From an uncultured Alphaproteobacteria bacterium (GTDB lineage Bacteria > Pseudomonadota > Alphaproteobacteria > RF32 > CAG-239), in the NCBI GenBank assembly GCA_944390895.1, contig CALXRQ010000004.1, forward strand, positions 8,069-72,068: a stretch of DNA of 64,000 nucleotides, written 5' to 3'. The notes beneath the pieces are model-generated. The model was not told the DNA's origin and did no database searches. It saw only the letters and a list, made by a program, of their open reading frames with translations. This document shows positions 48,078-58,119 of this stretch, piece after piece. Made by a program: the position numbers and the translations under genes. The stretch's first letter is position 1, and every line of letters starts with the position of its first letter.

Positions 48078-48842
48078 ATGAAAGTATCCATAACCATTCT
48101 TGACGGCAGCGAACAAAACCTCCGCCTTTTGGCCGAGGCATACCGCAACTCGTACAACAAACTGTCCGAAGCCTATAAATCTCCGGAAGAAATGGCTTTG
48201 TACACTTACGACTATTTTTACCAGAAAGTAAAACGCTTTGCCGCGGAAAACCAGCACAGCTCGACTTCCAGAACATTTATGGTCACGCTTGACGGGCAGC
48301 CGGTCGGTTTTGTCCGCTACAGCCGCATTCCGGAATATTACAAGACCAACGAAAACGGCCGTACGCAGGATTTGGAACACGGCATGCTGGACGGTTACGA
48401 ATACGCCTGGTACCGCAAGGTAAATTTTGTCAGCGACGTCAAGCTTGACGATACGACCATGATCTTAAACCAGATTTATTTGGATCCCTCCGTTCAGCGT
48501 CACGGCCTGGGGACCTACATTTTGGCACAGACACTGCCCAAAATGAAGGAAAAAGGCGTCAGAAACCTGATTTTGGAATATAACGTCGATAATAAAAACG
48601 GCGAGAAGTTTTATAATTCTTTCGGTTTTCAGCCGCTGGCGGACACCGAAGACCTTGACCACATCATCCGCAGGGGCGGCCAAACCCGTTTCTGTATCAG
48701 CAAAGTGAAAATGGTTCATGTCGACGTCGATACCGCTCTGGAAAAAGCCAATGCCAAAATGGAGCAGAAGAAACAGGCCAAGGCCCGTTCTATCGGCAAT
48801 ATTATCATCGGTTTGCTTAACAATGCCCAACGCCATAAATAA
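48078..48842 (+). CDS. GNAT-family acetyltransferase
   Basis: VQRHGLGTYIL (Q/RxxGxG/A-type motif) and a GNAT-fold-length C-terminal half. Confidence 0.6.
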   Translation: MKVSITILDGSEQNLRLLAEAYRNSYNKLSEAYKSPEEMALYTYDYFYQKVKRFAAENQHSSTSRTFMVTLDGQPVGFVRYSRIPEYYKTNENGRTQDLEHGMLDGYEYAWYRKVNFVSDVKLDDTTMILNQIYLDPSVQRHGLGTYILAQTLPKMKEKGVRNLILEYNVDNKNGEKFYNSFGFQPLADTEDLDHIIRRGGQTRFCISKVKMVHVDVDTALEKANAKMEQKKQAKARSIGNIIIGLLNNAQRHK

Positions 48843-49509
48843 AATAAGAACCGCCGTCAGCCCGCAAGGCCGGAAGATTGACTTTTTTGAACGGGTAAAC
48901 GACGTAAAACTGCCGGGAATTTTTTTTCTGGGCGTTTTTCACGGCGATGAAACCGAAGGAGAATACGCCATTGGCAGATTTATGCGGGAGCTGGTCGAAA
49001 ATCCGACGGTAAAATGTGATTACAACCTGTATTTTCTGCCCTGTCTGAACCCGGACGGAAAAGCCCTGAAGACGCGTTTTAACGCCAACAAGGTTGACCT
49101 GAACCGCAATTATCCGACGGCCAATTTTAAAAATGAAACGCAGACGTTGTCTTACGAAAAAGTCAAATGCGGCCGTCCGGCCTCCGAAACCGAGACCCGT
49201 TTTATGATGGAACTGGTCGAAACCTATAAACCTGCAATGATTATTTCCATTCACTCCGACCTGCATTTAATCGACTATGACGGACCGGCCGAAAAACTGG
49301 CTCAGATGTATGCGGAAAAAACCGGCTACAGACTGGTTGAAAACGTGGGTTACGAAACGCCCGGCTCTTTCGGCACCTGGGCGGGAATCGAAAAGAAAAT
49401 ACCGCTGATTACACTTGAAACCTGGCGCGGACGCACGGATGAGGAGAAAGAAAAAATCTGGCAGGAAATCCGCCCGGCATTTTATGAAACCCTGACGTTC
49501 AAACCATAA
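48823..49509 (+). CDS. M14-family zinc carboxypeptidase/amidase (MpaA-like)
   Basis: HGDETEG and DLNRNYP motifs. Internal ATG 48823 chosen, giving a 20-nt overlap with the upstream gene. Confidence 0.65.
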   Translation: MPNAINKIRTAVSPQGRKIDFFERVNDVKLPGIFFLGVFHGDETEGEYAIGRFMRELVENPTVKCDYNLYFLPCLNPDGKALKTRFNANKVDLNRNYPTANFKNETQTLSYEKVKCGRPASETETRFMMELVETYKPAMIISIHSDLHLIDYDGPAEKLAQMYAEKTGYRLVENVGYETPGSFGTWAGIEKKIPLITLETWRGRTDEEKEKIWQEIRPAFYETLTFKP

Positions 49510-49543
49510 AAAAAGCTGCCTTTATGCCGGGCAGCTTTTTTTA
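49508..49543. terminator. bidirectional intrinsic terminator
   Basis: AGCTGCC/GGCAGCT stem with A- and T-runs between convergent genes. Confidence 0.6.
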
Positions 49544-49554
49544 GAACTTTTGCA

Positions 49555-50274
49555 TCATCCGAAGAAAATGCCGACACCGCCGTTAGAGCGACTGTGTTCG
49601 TCCCGCAGCAGACGGCAACCGTCATACAGATAAGCGGAAAACGGCGATGACAGCGCCTGTTTTGCTGACGGAACGTCCGTGCAAACGCCGATTTGGTTTT
49701 CTTCGGCCACGAACAGGCTTCCGCTGTCAACATCGGCCAGCAGATAAAAGGTTTTCTGCGTATCGACCGTAACGAAAATCATATACCCGCACAACTTTAC
49801 CGGAAAATCATTAAATTTTATTTTCGCCAGCCGCAGTTTTGAAACATGCAGACCGTGCCTGTAGCGGACGAAAGTATCCATTACCGCTTCCGCTTTTTCA
49901 CGGTCCAGAACATCTTCGTCGGAACACATCCGCACCAGGGTTATCTGACCGTCGGCCGTACTTTTCGTCATCAGACAGCAGCTCATAATGATTTTGCAAT
50001 AACCTTCATGATTACGGATAAAAAAATCCATTCCTTCGGGAGGATAGCCGTTGGCAACAAAAAAATTAACGCCGGTACCGTAAACGAAACAACCTTCAAT
50101 CGTCATTCCCGCCAAAATAAAAGGCAGAGAATCCAATCCGTTTTTTTGCAAAAGGGCCGTCAGATCCGGACGATTGACAAAAGCGTCAAGCTTCGCTTCA
50201 AACTCGTCTTTACGATGTTCCACAACCGACGCTTTTTGCGCCAGAAGATCAAAAGTCTTTTTAAAATTTTCCAT
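49555..50274 (-). CDS. hypothetical soluble Cys-rich protein
   Basis: 239-aa ORF downstream of the suf genes. No family recognised. Confidence 0.5.
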   Translation of the reverse strand: MENFKKTFDLLAQKASVVEHRKDEFEAKLDAFVNRPDLTALLQKNGLDSLPFILAGMTIEGCFVYGTGVNFFVANGYPPEGMDFFIRNHEGYCKIIMSCCLMTKSTADGQITLVRMCSDEDVLDREKAEAVMDTFVRYRHGLHVSKLRLAKIKFNDFPVKLCGYMIFVTVDTQKTFYLLADVDSGSLFVAEENQIGVCTDVPSAKQALSSPFSAYLYDGCRLLRDEHSRSNGGVGIFFG

Positions 50275-50392
50275 ATTCCGAAAAATTAAGGGTAAATACT
50301 AATATAAAAAAAATTTGCATACTAAGAAAAATATAGTATGCAAACTAGCATCCTTCCTCTAAAAGTCAAACAGATTTTCGCCGGCAAACGGT

Positions 50393-50842
50393 TCAGAAAA
50401 GCTCAAACATCATCTTGGCTTCGTCGCTCATGCGTTCCGGCGTCCAAGCCGGTTCCCAGACGATTTTTACCTCAACTTCGCCGGTTCCCTCCACCAGAGA
50501 AACCGCGTCCGCCGCCTGCTGGGGCAGCACACCGGCAACCGGACAGGTCGGCGCGGTGACGGTCATGTCAATATGCACATTGCCGTTGTCTTTGTCGATA
50601 TCAATTTTATAGACCAGCCCCATATCATAGACATTGACCATAATCTCAGGATCCGACACGGTTTTCAATGCTTCTACGATATCCTGCTCGGAGGCGATTT
50701 TTTCTCCGGCCGGCAGCGGTTTTCCGGCGCGGGCGACATAGTTTTGCAGTTCCTGAGGCACGGGCGCTTCTTCGGCCAACCCCATGGCGCTCAGCAGCTG
50801 TTTTTCATTGGCATCCAAAATATCTTCGCTGTTTTCGGTCAT
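50393..50842 (-). CDS. DUF59/SufT-like Fe-S assembly protein
   Basis: VSDPEIMVNVYDMGLVY ... TAPTCPVAG matches the DUF59 hallmark. Confidence 0.8.
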   Translation of the reverse strand: MTENSEDILDANEKQLLSAMGLAEEAPVPQELQNYVARAGKPLPAGEKIASEQDIVEALKTVSDPEIMVNVYDMGLVYKIDIDKDNGNVHIDMTVTAPTCPVAGVLPQQAADAVSLVEGTGEVEVKIVWEPAWTPERMSDEAKMMFELF

Positions 50843-50902
50843 ATTCAGTATTTCCTCCGGTTTCGGAAAAGATTTATACGCTTTTGAGGCTAAAAGTCAA
50901 AC

Positions 50903-52117
50903 TCAAAAAAAAGTTCTGGCCTTGTTAAGAGCGGCGACCAGACGGTCGATGTCCTCTTTGGTTGAATACAAACCCAGAGTTGCACGGGCCACGCTCTCAT
51001 AGCCCATGCGATGCACCAGCGGCTCCGCACAGTGATGACCAACGCGAATCGCCACGCCCTCTTTGTTGAGGATAAAAGCCAGATCCTGCGGGTGAATACC
51101 GTCCATTACAAACGAGAAAACCCCGCCTTTGTCTTTGGCGGTGCCGATCAGCTTCAGTCCCGGAACACCGGAAAGCTTTTCCGAAGCATATTTTACCAGT
51201 TCCTGTTCATGAGCCGTGATGTTTTCCAGCCCCAGCGCCATCATATATTCCAGCGCCACGCCCAAGCCGATGGCCTCGACAATGGCCGGGGTGCCCGCTT
51301 CAAAACGCGCCGGCGGTTCCTCAAAGGTCGTATGTTCGTAAGTTACGCGGTCAACCATATCGCCGCCGGTCTGATACGGTGGCATCGAAGCCAAAATGTC
51401 ATATTTTCCGTACAAGACGCCGATGCCGGTCGGGCCATAGGTTTTATGTCCCGAAAAAGCCAGAAAATCACAGTCCAAATCCTGTACATCCACTTTATGG
51501 TGCACGGCAAACTGACAAGCGTCCGCCAGCAACAGGGCACCGTGCCGATGAGCGGCCGCGGCCATTTTTTTTATCGGAAAAACCGTGCCCAAAACATTTG
51601 ACATGGCCGTTACTGCAACCAGTTTGGTATTTGCGGTCAGATTTTCGGCAAACTCTTCCCAGACAAAACTGCCGTCATCGGCAATTTTAAATATTTTCAG
51701 GCTGAATCCGAGCTCGTCACGCAACATTTGCCACGGTACCAGATTGGCATGATGTTCGGCTTCCGAAATCAGAACCTCATCACCTTTTTTTAGATTTTTT
51801 CGTCCCCAGGCAGCCGCCACCAGATTAATCGACTCGGTGGCATTGCGCGTGAAAACAATCTCTTTTTCCGACTTGGCGTTGAGAAACTTCCTTACCGTCC
51901 GGCGGGCGGCTTCATAATCCCAGGTAATCTGCTCGGAGAGCAGATAAGAACCGCGATGGACGTTGGAATATTCGCGGGTATAAATATCGGACATCCGGCT
52001 GATGACGCATCGGGGTTTCTGCGCCGAAGCACCCGAATCCAAAAAAGTGTTAGGCTTGCCGTTTACCAATTCCTGCAAGACCGGAAAATCTTTTCTTATT
52101 TCATTGACATCATACAT
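50903..52117 (-). CDS. sufS: cysteine desulfurase, SufS type
   Basis: 404 aa; PLP lysine context FSGHKTYGPTGIG; C-terminal RVGHHCAEP active-site Cys. Confidence 0.9.
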   Translation of the reverse strand: MYDVNEIRKDFPVLQELVNGKPNTFLDSGASAQKPRCVISRMSDIYTREYSNVHRGSYLLSEQITWDYEAARRTVRKFLNAKSEKEIVFTRNATESINLVAAAWGRKNLKKGDEVLISEAEHHANLVPWQMLRDELGFSLKIFKIADDGSFVWEEFAENLTANTKLVAVTAMSNVLGTVFPIKKMAAAAHRHGALLLADACQFAVHHKVDVQDLDCDFLAFSGHKTYGPTGIGVLYGKYDILASMPPYQTGGDMVDRVTYEHTTFEEPPARFEAGTPAIVEAIGLGVALEYMMALGLENITAHEQELVKYASEKLSGVPGLKLIGTAKDKGGVFSFVMDGIHPQDLAFILNKEGVAIRVGHHCAEPLVHRMGYESVARATLGLYSTKEDIDRLVAALNKARTFF

Positions 52118-52173
52118 TTTTTATCCCTCTCTCTCCGTTTTTTTAATTTAACCCGGCAACGGAGTTATTCAAC

Positions 52174-52956
52174 TTAAACCTTGGTCTTAAGCCAGCGGTC
52201 AAGCGTTTCGCACAGATCTTTCCGGTTTTGGTCACTGTCAAAAGTATGCGGACAGTCTTTAATGACGACCAACTCTTTCGGCGCCGTGAGCGCCGCATAC
52301 ATCCGCTCATTGTTGTAAACCGTGGAAGACAAATCTTTTTCGCCGGTAACGAGCAGCGTCGCGGCTTTGATTTTTCCACCGTCAAAAACCATATCATAAT
52401 TTTGCAGATCGGTTACGAAATCAAACGAAACCCAGCCTTCGACACTTTTGTCATTTTGCTTGCGGCAATGACGGCGGCCGGTTTCGCGCCATTTTTCAAA
52501 GAATTCCCGGTTGTTGAGCATATAGGAGCGCAGATAATATTTGCCGCCGACCATGGCGCCCAGCGGAACCAACAGGCCGACCCTTTCCGGATGCCGCTCG
52601 GCATAATACAAGACGCTGCCGCCACCCAGCGAATGTCCGCACAAAGCGAAAGGTTCCGCGTAAAAATCCTGTGATTTTGCCCAGTCGATAACCGTTTCCA
52701 AATCTTCAACCGCCGCCGTCAGGGTCGAATCTCTCAAATTGCCGTCACTTTCGCCGAAAGAATAGCGCGAATCGAAAGTAACCACCGTATAGCCGTTGGC
52801 CAGAAAAGTTTCGGCCGCGCAACGGATGACGTAATATTCCTTAAAGCTGCTCAACCCGTGCTGAATGAAAACCAGACGTCCCGCCGCTCCCGTTTCCGGC
52901 TGCTCGACAACGACGCTCAGCTTTTGTCCTTCAGCATTGCGGATAAAGGTTTTCAT
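52174..52956 (-). CDS. alpha/beta-fold hydrolase
   Basis: Nucleophile elbow GHSLGG. Its ATG overlaps the sufD TGA (ATGA). Confidence 0.7.
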   Translation of the reverse strand: MKTFIRNAEGQKLSVVVEQPETGAAGRLVFIQHGLSSFKEYYVIRCAAETFLANGYTVVTFDSRYSFGESDGNLRDSTLTAAVEDLETVIDWAKSQDFYAEPFALCGHSLGGGSVLYYAERHPERVGLLVPLGAMVGGKYYLRSYMLNNREFFEKWRETGRRHCRKQNDKSVEGWVSFDFVTDLQNYDMVFDGGKIKAATLLVTGEKDLSSTVYNNERMYAALTAPKELVVIKDCPHTFDSDQNRKDLCETLDRWLKTKV

Positions 52957-54344
52957 TGCTCCTCGCTTTGCCGTACGAAACTTTTCATCCACGCGCGGAT
53001 TTGTTCGTTTTCAACTTTGGAAACAACGTCTTCCAGATAAGCGTCGATCAAAATCTGCCGCGCCTCTTCCAGACCGATACCGCGGGAACGCATATAAAAC
53101 AACTGCTGTTCATCCAGCTCGCCGCTGGCCGCACCGTGCGAACATTTGACGTCGTCGGCAAAGATTTCCAGCTCGGGCTTGACATCCACTTCCGCGGCGT
53201 CAGACAGCAACAGAGCCTTGTGCAGCTGCGTCCCTTCGGTTTTGACCGCATCGGGAGCTATGTGAATCTTTCCCTGAAAAACGCCGCGGGCATCGCCGCC
53301 GACCACGCCTTTGGCCAATTGGGAGGAATAAGTACAGGGAGACAGATGTTCAATATTGGTGGTCGTATCCAAAGTTGCCCATCCGGACATGATATAGGCG
53401 GTATCCACGCTGCAGCGGGCGTTTTCCGCCGCCAAACGAACTCTTATTTCGTTGCGACCGATGTTGGCACCCTTTTGCAGACAGAAGTTATTGTACTGCG
53501 AATCGGCTTTCTGTCTGACTACGCTCAAAGACACGTGGTTGGCTTTGAAAGCCTCGTCCTGAAGCTTGTTATGATTTAATTTGGCGCCTTTGCCCAAAAC
53601 GATTTCATTGACAATGTTGGCAAAATAACGCGACTTTTGCGGACCGGCATATTTGTACCATTCGACCAGTTCCGCCTCGGCTCCGCTTTCCAGCACAATC
53701 AGATTGCGCAGATTGAAAAACAAATTGCTTCCGCCGGCATCGGTATGGTTGACAATCATCAACGGCTTGTCCAGTTTGACGTCTTTGCCGACGCGAATGT
53801 AAACGCCTTCTTCCATATAGTGCGTATTCAGCGCCGCAAAAGGATGCTCGTCTAGATTGACCAGACGGCCGAGATGCTCTTTCGCCTCCTCAATCAGCAC
53901 CGCCTCCATCAGGGTGATGACCTCCACGCCGCGCGGCAGCGCAGGAAAAACGGGAATAAACTTGCCGTTTACAAAATGAATCTGATATGCGTCAAACGGA
54001 ACGCCGTAATCCAGATTCAATTCATGTTCACGGCAATGGCCGCCGCCGTGGCATTCACCGTCTTCATGATGGCAATGACATTCGCCCTCTTCGCCGCAGC
54101 CACAGTCCTCATGGTGGCAGCCGCAAGCATCTTCCGTTTCCGCCCGCAGTTCATCCAGAAAGTTTGACGGTTCGATAACGAAATCATCCGCGTTCAGATC
54201 ACGGGGCTTGGTATATTTCCAAGCCTCAGTCTTGGCGGTGGGAACGCCCTGTTTTTCAAACGCGGCCAACCCTTTTTCGCGCAGGCTCTGAAACCAGGGA
54301 ATATATTCTCCGAACAGCTTAATGTTTTGCAGTAACCCGGCCAT
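52953..54344 (-). CDS. sufD: Fe-S cluster assembly protein SufD with a Cys/His-rich insertion
   Basis: Conserved SufD beta-helix C-terminal half. Residues 74-107 read CGCHHEDCGCGEEGECHCHHEDGECHGGGHCREH. Confidence 0.85.
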   Translation of the reverse strand: MAGLLQNIKLFGEYIPWFQSLREKGLAAFEKQGVPTAKTEAWKYTKPRDLNADDFVIEPSNFLDELRAETEDACGCHHEDCGCGEEGECHCHHEDGECHGGGHCREHELNLDYGVPFDAYQIHFVNGKFIPVFPALPRGVEVITLMEAVLIEEAKEHLGRLVNLDEHPFAALNTHYMEEGVYIRVGKDVKLDKPLMIVNHTDAGGSNLFFNLRNLIVLESGAEAELVEWYKYAGPQKSRYFANIVNEIVLGKGAKLNHNKLQDEAFKANHVSLSVVRQKADSQYNNFCLQKGANIGRNEIRVRLAAENARCSVDTAYIMSGWATLDTTTNIEHLSPCTYSSQLAKGVVGGDARGVFQGKIHIAPDAVKTEGTQLHKALLLSDAAEVDVKPELEIFADDVKCSHGAASGELDEQQLFYMRSRGIGLEEARQILIDAYLEDVVSKVENEQIRAWMKSFVRQSEEQ

Positions 54345-54345
54345 T

Positions 54346-55107
54346 TTATTTTTCTTTCACAAATTCGGCATAGCCTTTTTCTTCCAGCTCCAGCGCCAGA
54401 CTTTTGTCACCGGACTTTACGATGCGCCCGTCGGCATATACGTGAACAAAATCAGGCACCACATAATTCAGCAGACGCTGATAATGCGTGATGACCAGCA
54501 TTGAGCGTTTGCCGTCACGCAGGGCGTTAACCCCGTCGGCAACGACTTTCAGAGCATCTATGTCCAGACCGGAATCCGCCTCGTCAAGAATAGACAGAGC
54601 CGGTTTGAGAATCGACATCTGCAAAGTTTCGAGACGTTTTTTCTCGCCGCCAGAAAATCCGACGTTCACCGGACGTTTGATCATCTCATTGTCAATGCCC
54701 AGTTTTTTTCCCTCTTCGCGCACCAGTTTGACAAACTCCATGGTATCAAGCTCCGGCAGCTCCTGATGTTTGCGAATGGCATTGACCGCGTGCTTCAAAA
54801 ACGTTGTAGTCGGCACGCCGGGTATCTCCACCGGATACTGCATACAGAGGAAAATTCCCTCGCGGGCGCGTTCTTCGGGCGACATGGCGGTCAAGTCTTT
54901 TCCCTTAAAGCGAATCGAACCCGAAGTGATTTCATATCCGGGCTTGCCGCAGATGATGTTCGACAAAGTCGACTTTCCGGCGCCGTTCGGCCCCATAATG
55001 GCATGAACCTCGCCTTCGTTGACGGTAAGGTTAAAGCCTTTAATAATTTCCCGGTCGCATACGCCGGCATGCAAATCTTCAATTTCTAACAACGGTGTTT
55101 TGGTCAT
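54346..55107 (-). CDS. sufC: Fe-S cluster assembly ATPase SufC
   Basis: Walker A GPNGAGKST, signature FSGGEKKR, Walker B ILDEADSGLD. Confidence 0.9.
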   Translation of the reverse strand: MTKTPLLEIEDLHAGVCDREIIKGFNLTVNEGEVHAIMGPNGAGKSTLSNIICGKPGYEITSGSIRFKGKDLTAMSPEERAREGIFLCMQYPVEIPGVPTTTFLKHAVNAIRKHQELPELDTMEFVKLVREEGKKLGIDNEMIKRPVNVGFSGGEKKRLETLQMSILKPALSILDEADSGLDIDALKVVADGVNALRDGKRSMLVITHYQRLLNYVVPDFVHVYADGRIVKSGDKSLALELEEKGYAEFVKEK

Positions 55108-55126
55108 TTTCTGCTCTTTCGTTACT

Positions 55127-55414
55127 TTATGCGGCATGGATCTTATCCCATTCGTTCAGACGCCGCTCAATCAGTTTGATTTTTTCAGCCTTATAAACAG
55201 CAACGCGATCGGCAATATGATAATTTTCCTTCAGCTGTTCCAGCATAATCTCCACATCCGCCGTTTCTTCCACAATCTGATCAACATTGTCTTTCCCGCG
55301 GTTGACGTTTTTTAAAATCTCCTTCATCAGCTCTGACATCTCTTCAACCACCATCAGCATCTGCGCTTCTTCGCCCCAGGTGTCCAAAGCCCGTTTCAAT
55401 ACCGGATTTACCAT
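55127..55414 (-). CDS. small MazG-like nucleotide pyrophosphohydrolase-domain protein
   Basis: 95 aa; VEEMSELMKE ... VEETADVEIML fits the EExxE...ExxD MazG pattern. Its ATG overlaps the sufB TAA (TAATG). Confidence 0.6.
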   Translation of the reverse strand: MVNPVLKRALDTWGEEAQMLMVVEEMSELMKEILKNVNRGKDNVDQIVEETADVEIMLEQLKENYHIADRVAVYKAEKIKLIERRLNEWDKIHAA

Positions 55415-56862
55415 TATCCCACGCTCCCTTCCAGACTGATGTTGATTAACTTGGCTGCCTCTATCGCAAATTCCATCGGCAGATGCTGCATCACTTCTTT
55501 GCAGAAACCGTTTACAATCAGACTGACGGCTTCTTCTTCGCCAATTCCTCTCTGCAAACAATAAAACAACTGTTCGTCGCTGATTTTGGAAGTGGTCGCC
55601 TCATGTTCAATAACTGCGGTTTTGTTGCGGTTTTCAACATAGGGCACCGTATGCGAACCGCAGTTTTGCCCGATCAAAAGGCTGTCGCACTGCGAATAGT
55701 TGCGGGCATTGGCGGCCTTGGGGCCGACACGCACCAAACCGCGGTAAGTCTGGTTGGAGAAACCGGCGGAAATGCCTTTGGAAATGATTTTTGAAGTTGT
55801 GTTTTTGCCGATATGAATCATTTTGGTGCCGGTATCGGCCTGCTGGCGGTTATTGGTAATGGCCACCGAATAAAACTCGCCGACCGAATTGTCGCCTTGC
55901 AGAACGCAGGACGGATATTTCCAGGTTACGGCCGAACCCGTCTCAACCTGTGTCCAGGAAATTTTGGCGTTTTCTCCGCGGCAGGCCGCGCGTTTGGTAA
56001 CAAAGTTATACACGCCGCCCTTGCCGTCCTTATCGCCCGGATACCAGTTCTGAACGGTGGAATATTTGACCTCGGCGTCTTTTTTCACCACAATTTCCAC
56101 GATGGCGGCATGGAGCTGGTTTTCGTCGCGCTGCGGCGCCGTACAGCCTTCCAGATAAGAAACGTAGCTTTCGTCGTCGGCAATAATCAGCGTGCGCTCA
56201 AACTGGCCGGTGTTTTTGGCGTTGATGCGGAAATAGGTGGAAAGCTCCATCGGACAGCGCACGCCTTTGGGAATATACACAAAAGACCCGTCGGTAAAGA
56301 CCGCGGAATTCAGACAGGCGAAAAAATTGTCGGTATAAGGCACAACAGATCCCAGATATTCCCGCACCAAATCGGGATGCTCCTTAACCGCTTCCGAAAT
56401 GGAACAGAAAATAATGCCCTGTTCGGCCAGTTTGGCACGATAGGTCGTAGCCACCGAAACGCTGTCAAACACCGCGTCAACAGCAACCACGCCGGCCAAG
56501 GCCTCCTGCTCTTTCAGCGGAATGCCCAGCTTGGCATAAGTCTCCAACAGTTCGGGATCAACCTCGGCCAGCGATTTGGGCGCCGCTTTTTGTTTGGGCG
56601 CGGAATAGTAGTACAAATCCTGATAATCTATTTTGTCATAGCTGAGCTTGGCCCAGGACGGCTCTTTCATCGTCTGCCAAAACTCAAAAGCTTTCAGACG
56701 GTAGTCCAGCAGCCACGTCGGCTCTCCCTTTTTCTCCGATATCAGCCGGATAATGTCAGGATTCAGGCCTTTGGGCGCCGTGTCGGCCTCAATGTCGGTG
56801 ACAAAGCCGTATTTATATTTATCGCCGCTTTCGTCTATGATTTCCGGTTTTGGATTTGACAT
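55414..56862 (-). CDS. sufB: Fe-S cluster assembly scaffold SufB
   Basis: 482 aa; highly conserved SufB sequence throughout. Confidence 0.95.
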   Translation of the reverse strand: MSNPKPEIIDESGDKYKYGFVTDIEADTAPKGLNPDIIRLISEKKGEPTWLLDYRLKAFEFWQTMKEPSWAKLSYDKIDYQDLYYYSAPKQKAAPKSLAEVDPELLETYAKLGIPLKEQEALAGVVAVDAVFDSVSVATTYRAKLAEQGIIFCSISEAVKEHPDLVREYLGSVVPYTDNFFACLNSAVFTDGSFVYIPKGVRCPMELSTYFRINAKNTGQFERTLIIADDESYVSYLEGCTAPQRDENQLHAAIVEIVVKKDAEVKYSTVQNWYPGDKDGKGGVYNFVTKRAACRGENAKISWTQVETGSAVTWKYPSCVLQGDNSVGEFYSVAITNNRQQADTGTKMIHIGKNTTSKIISKGISAGFSNQTYRGLVRVGPKAANARNYSQCDSLLIGQNCGSHTVPYVENRNKTAVIEHEATTSKISDEQLFYCLQRGIGEEEAVSLIVNGFCKEVMQHLPMEFAIEAAKLINISLEGSVG

Positions 56863-56965
56863 CTCTTCTACTTATTCCCCGTGTTTCTTAAATCTTACCT
56901 CAAATTAGGGTTTTTAATCTTAAAATGCAACCTCTTATTTAAGGAAAAATTCAGTTTTTGCGCTT

Positions 56966-58054
56966 ATGATGAATGACATTGAACAACTATACCGAGGTTT
57001 GGACATGGAATATCTGCTGACAGGATGCGGCATTGTCATTATTGCTCTGGGCGTCAACATCCGGCTGATGCATCAGAAACTCAAAAATATGCAAAAACAG
57101 ATTAAAGAACTGATTAAGGAAAACGATATTCAGAAAGCCGTCAACGAAAAAAACAACGAAGACATAGGCTTTAAAACCGATAAAAACCTGATTATCACCA
57201 GCGCCAACGAAGCCTTGTGCCGGGAACTCGGCTTCAAGCCCGAGGATCTGACCGGAAAATCGATATTCGGCACGCTGCTTGAAGACAACGAGGCCATTGT
57301 CGGCAGCGTTAAAAGCTATACCGGAAAAATCATAAAAAACGCCCGTATCGTCAACAACGAACTGCTGATTAAAGACTCTGAAAACAAAACACATCTCATG
57401 GCCTGCCATCAGCGGCCGATTTTGAACGAAATTCTGGAATGCGAAGGCATCAGCTTCGTATGCAAAAACATCAGCGAAGCCAAAGAGCTCCGCGAAAAAC
57501 TGCAGGAAATCGACAGCCGCGACATCGTTACAGGCGCCTTAAACCAAGAAGCTTTCCTTACCCGGCTGGAACAGGACTTCAACCGCGCCAAACGCTATAA
57601 TCAGGACTTTTCGCTGATGGTGGTCGATGTTCGCGATTTGTGCGACTTCATCAACAAGGGAATCAGTTTCGAACGCGGCGACAAACTCTTAAAAACCATG
57701 GCCGACCTCTGTCAGGACAAGGTGAAGGACAAAGGCTTCGTCGGCAGATTTGAAAAAACCAAAATCGGAATGATTCTAAACGGATTTTCCAGGGAAAAAG
57801 CCGCAGCGCTGGCCAAAGACGTTTTCACATCGTCAAAACCCAAAATCAAAAAACTCGGCGTTGACGACTACAACGCCCAAATGCTGATTATCAGCTATAC
57901 CGAACGCAAGGGCTTCAACGATACGTTCGACAATATGCTGGAACGCACCAAACGCCATGTCAAAAATGCGGCGCGGCGGCGCGAATACGGCGTTACGACG
58001 TCCGATAACGACAGGAAAACCGCCGAGGTTCCGACAAAGTATGAGGACAGCTAA
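56966..58054 (+). CDS. TM + PAS + degenerate GGDEF-domain protein
   Basis: DIVTGALNQEAFL and RYNQDFSLMVVDVRDL match GGDEF-domain blocks, but the signature reads GRFEKTK instead of GGDEF. Confidence 0.6.
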   Translation: MMNDIEQLYRGLDMEYLLTGCGIVIIALGVNIRLMHQKLKNMQKQIKELIKENDIQKAVNEKNNEDIGFKTDKNLIITSANEALCRELGFKPEDLTGKSIFGTLLEDNEAIVGSVKSYTGKIIKNARIVNNELLIKDSENKTHLMACHQRPILNEILECEGISFVCKNISEAKELREKLQEIDSRDIVTGALNQEAFLTRLEQDFNRAKRYNQDFSLMVVDVRDLCDFINKGISFERGDKLLKTMADLCQDKVKDKGFVGRFEKTKIGMILNGFSREKAAALAKDVFTSSKPKIKKLGVDDYNAQMLIISYTERKGFNDTFDNMLERTKRHVKNAARRREYGVTTSDNDRKTAEVPTKYEDS

Positions 58055-58119
58055 CAAATTATTAAATTATTGCTGTTAGCCTGATGACATCACAACGTTG
58101 CAACATATGGCGCAGGATA

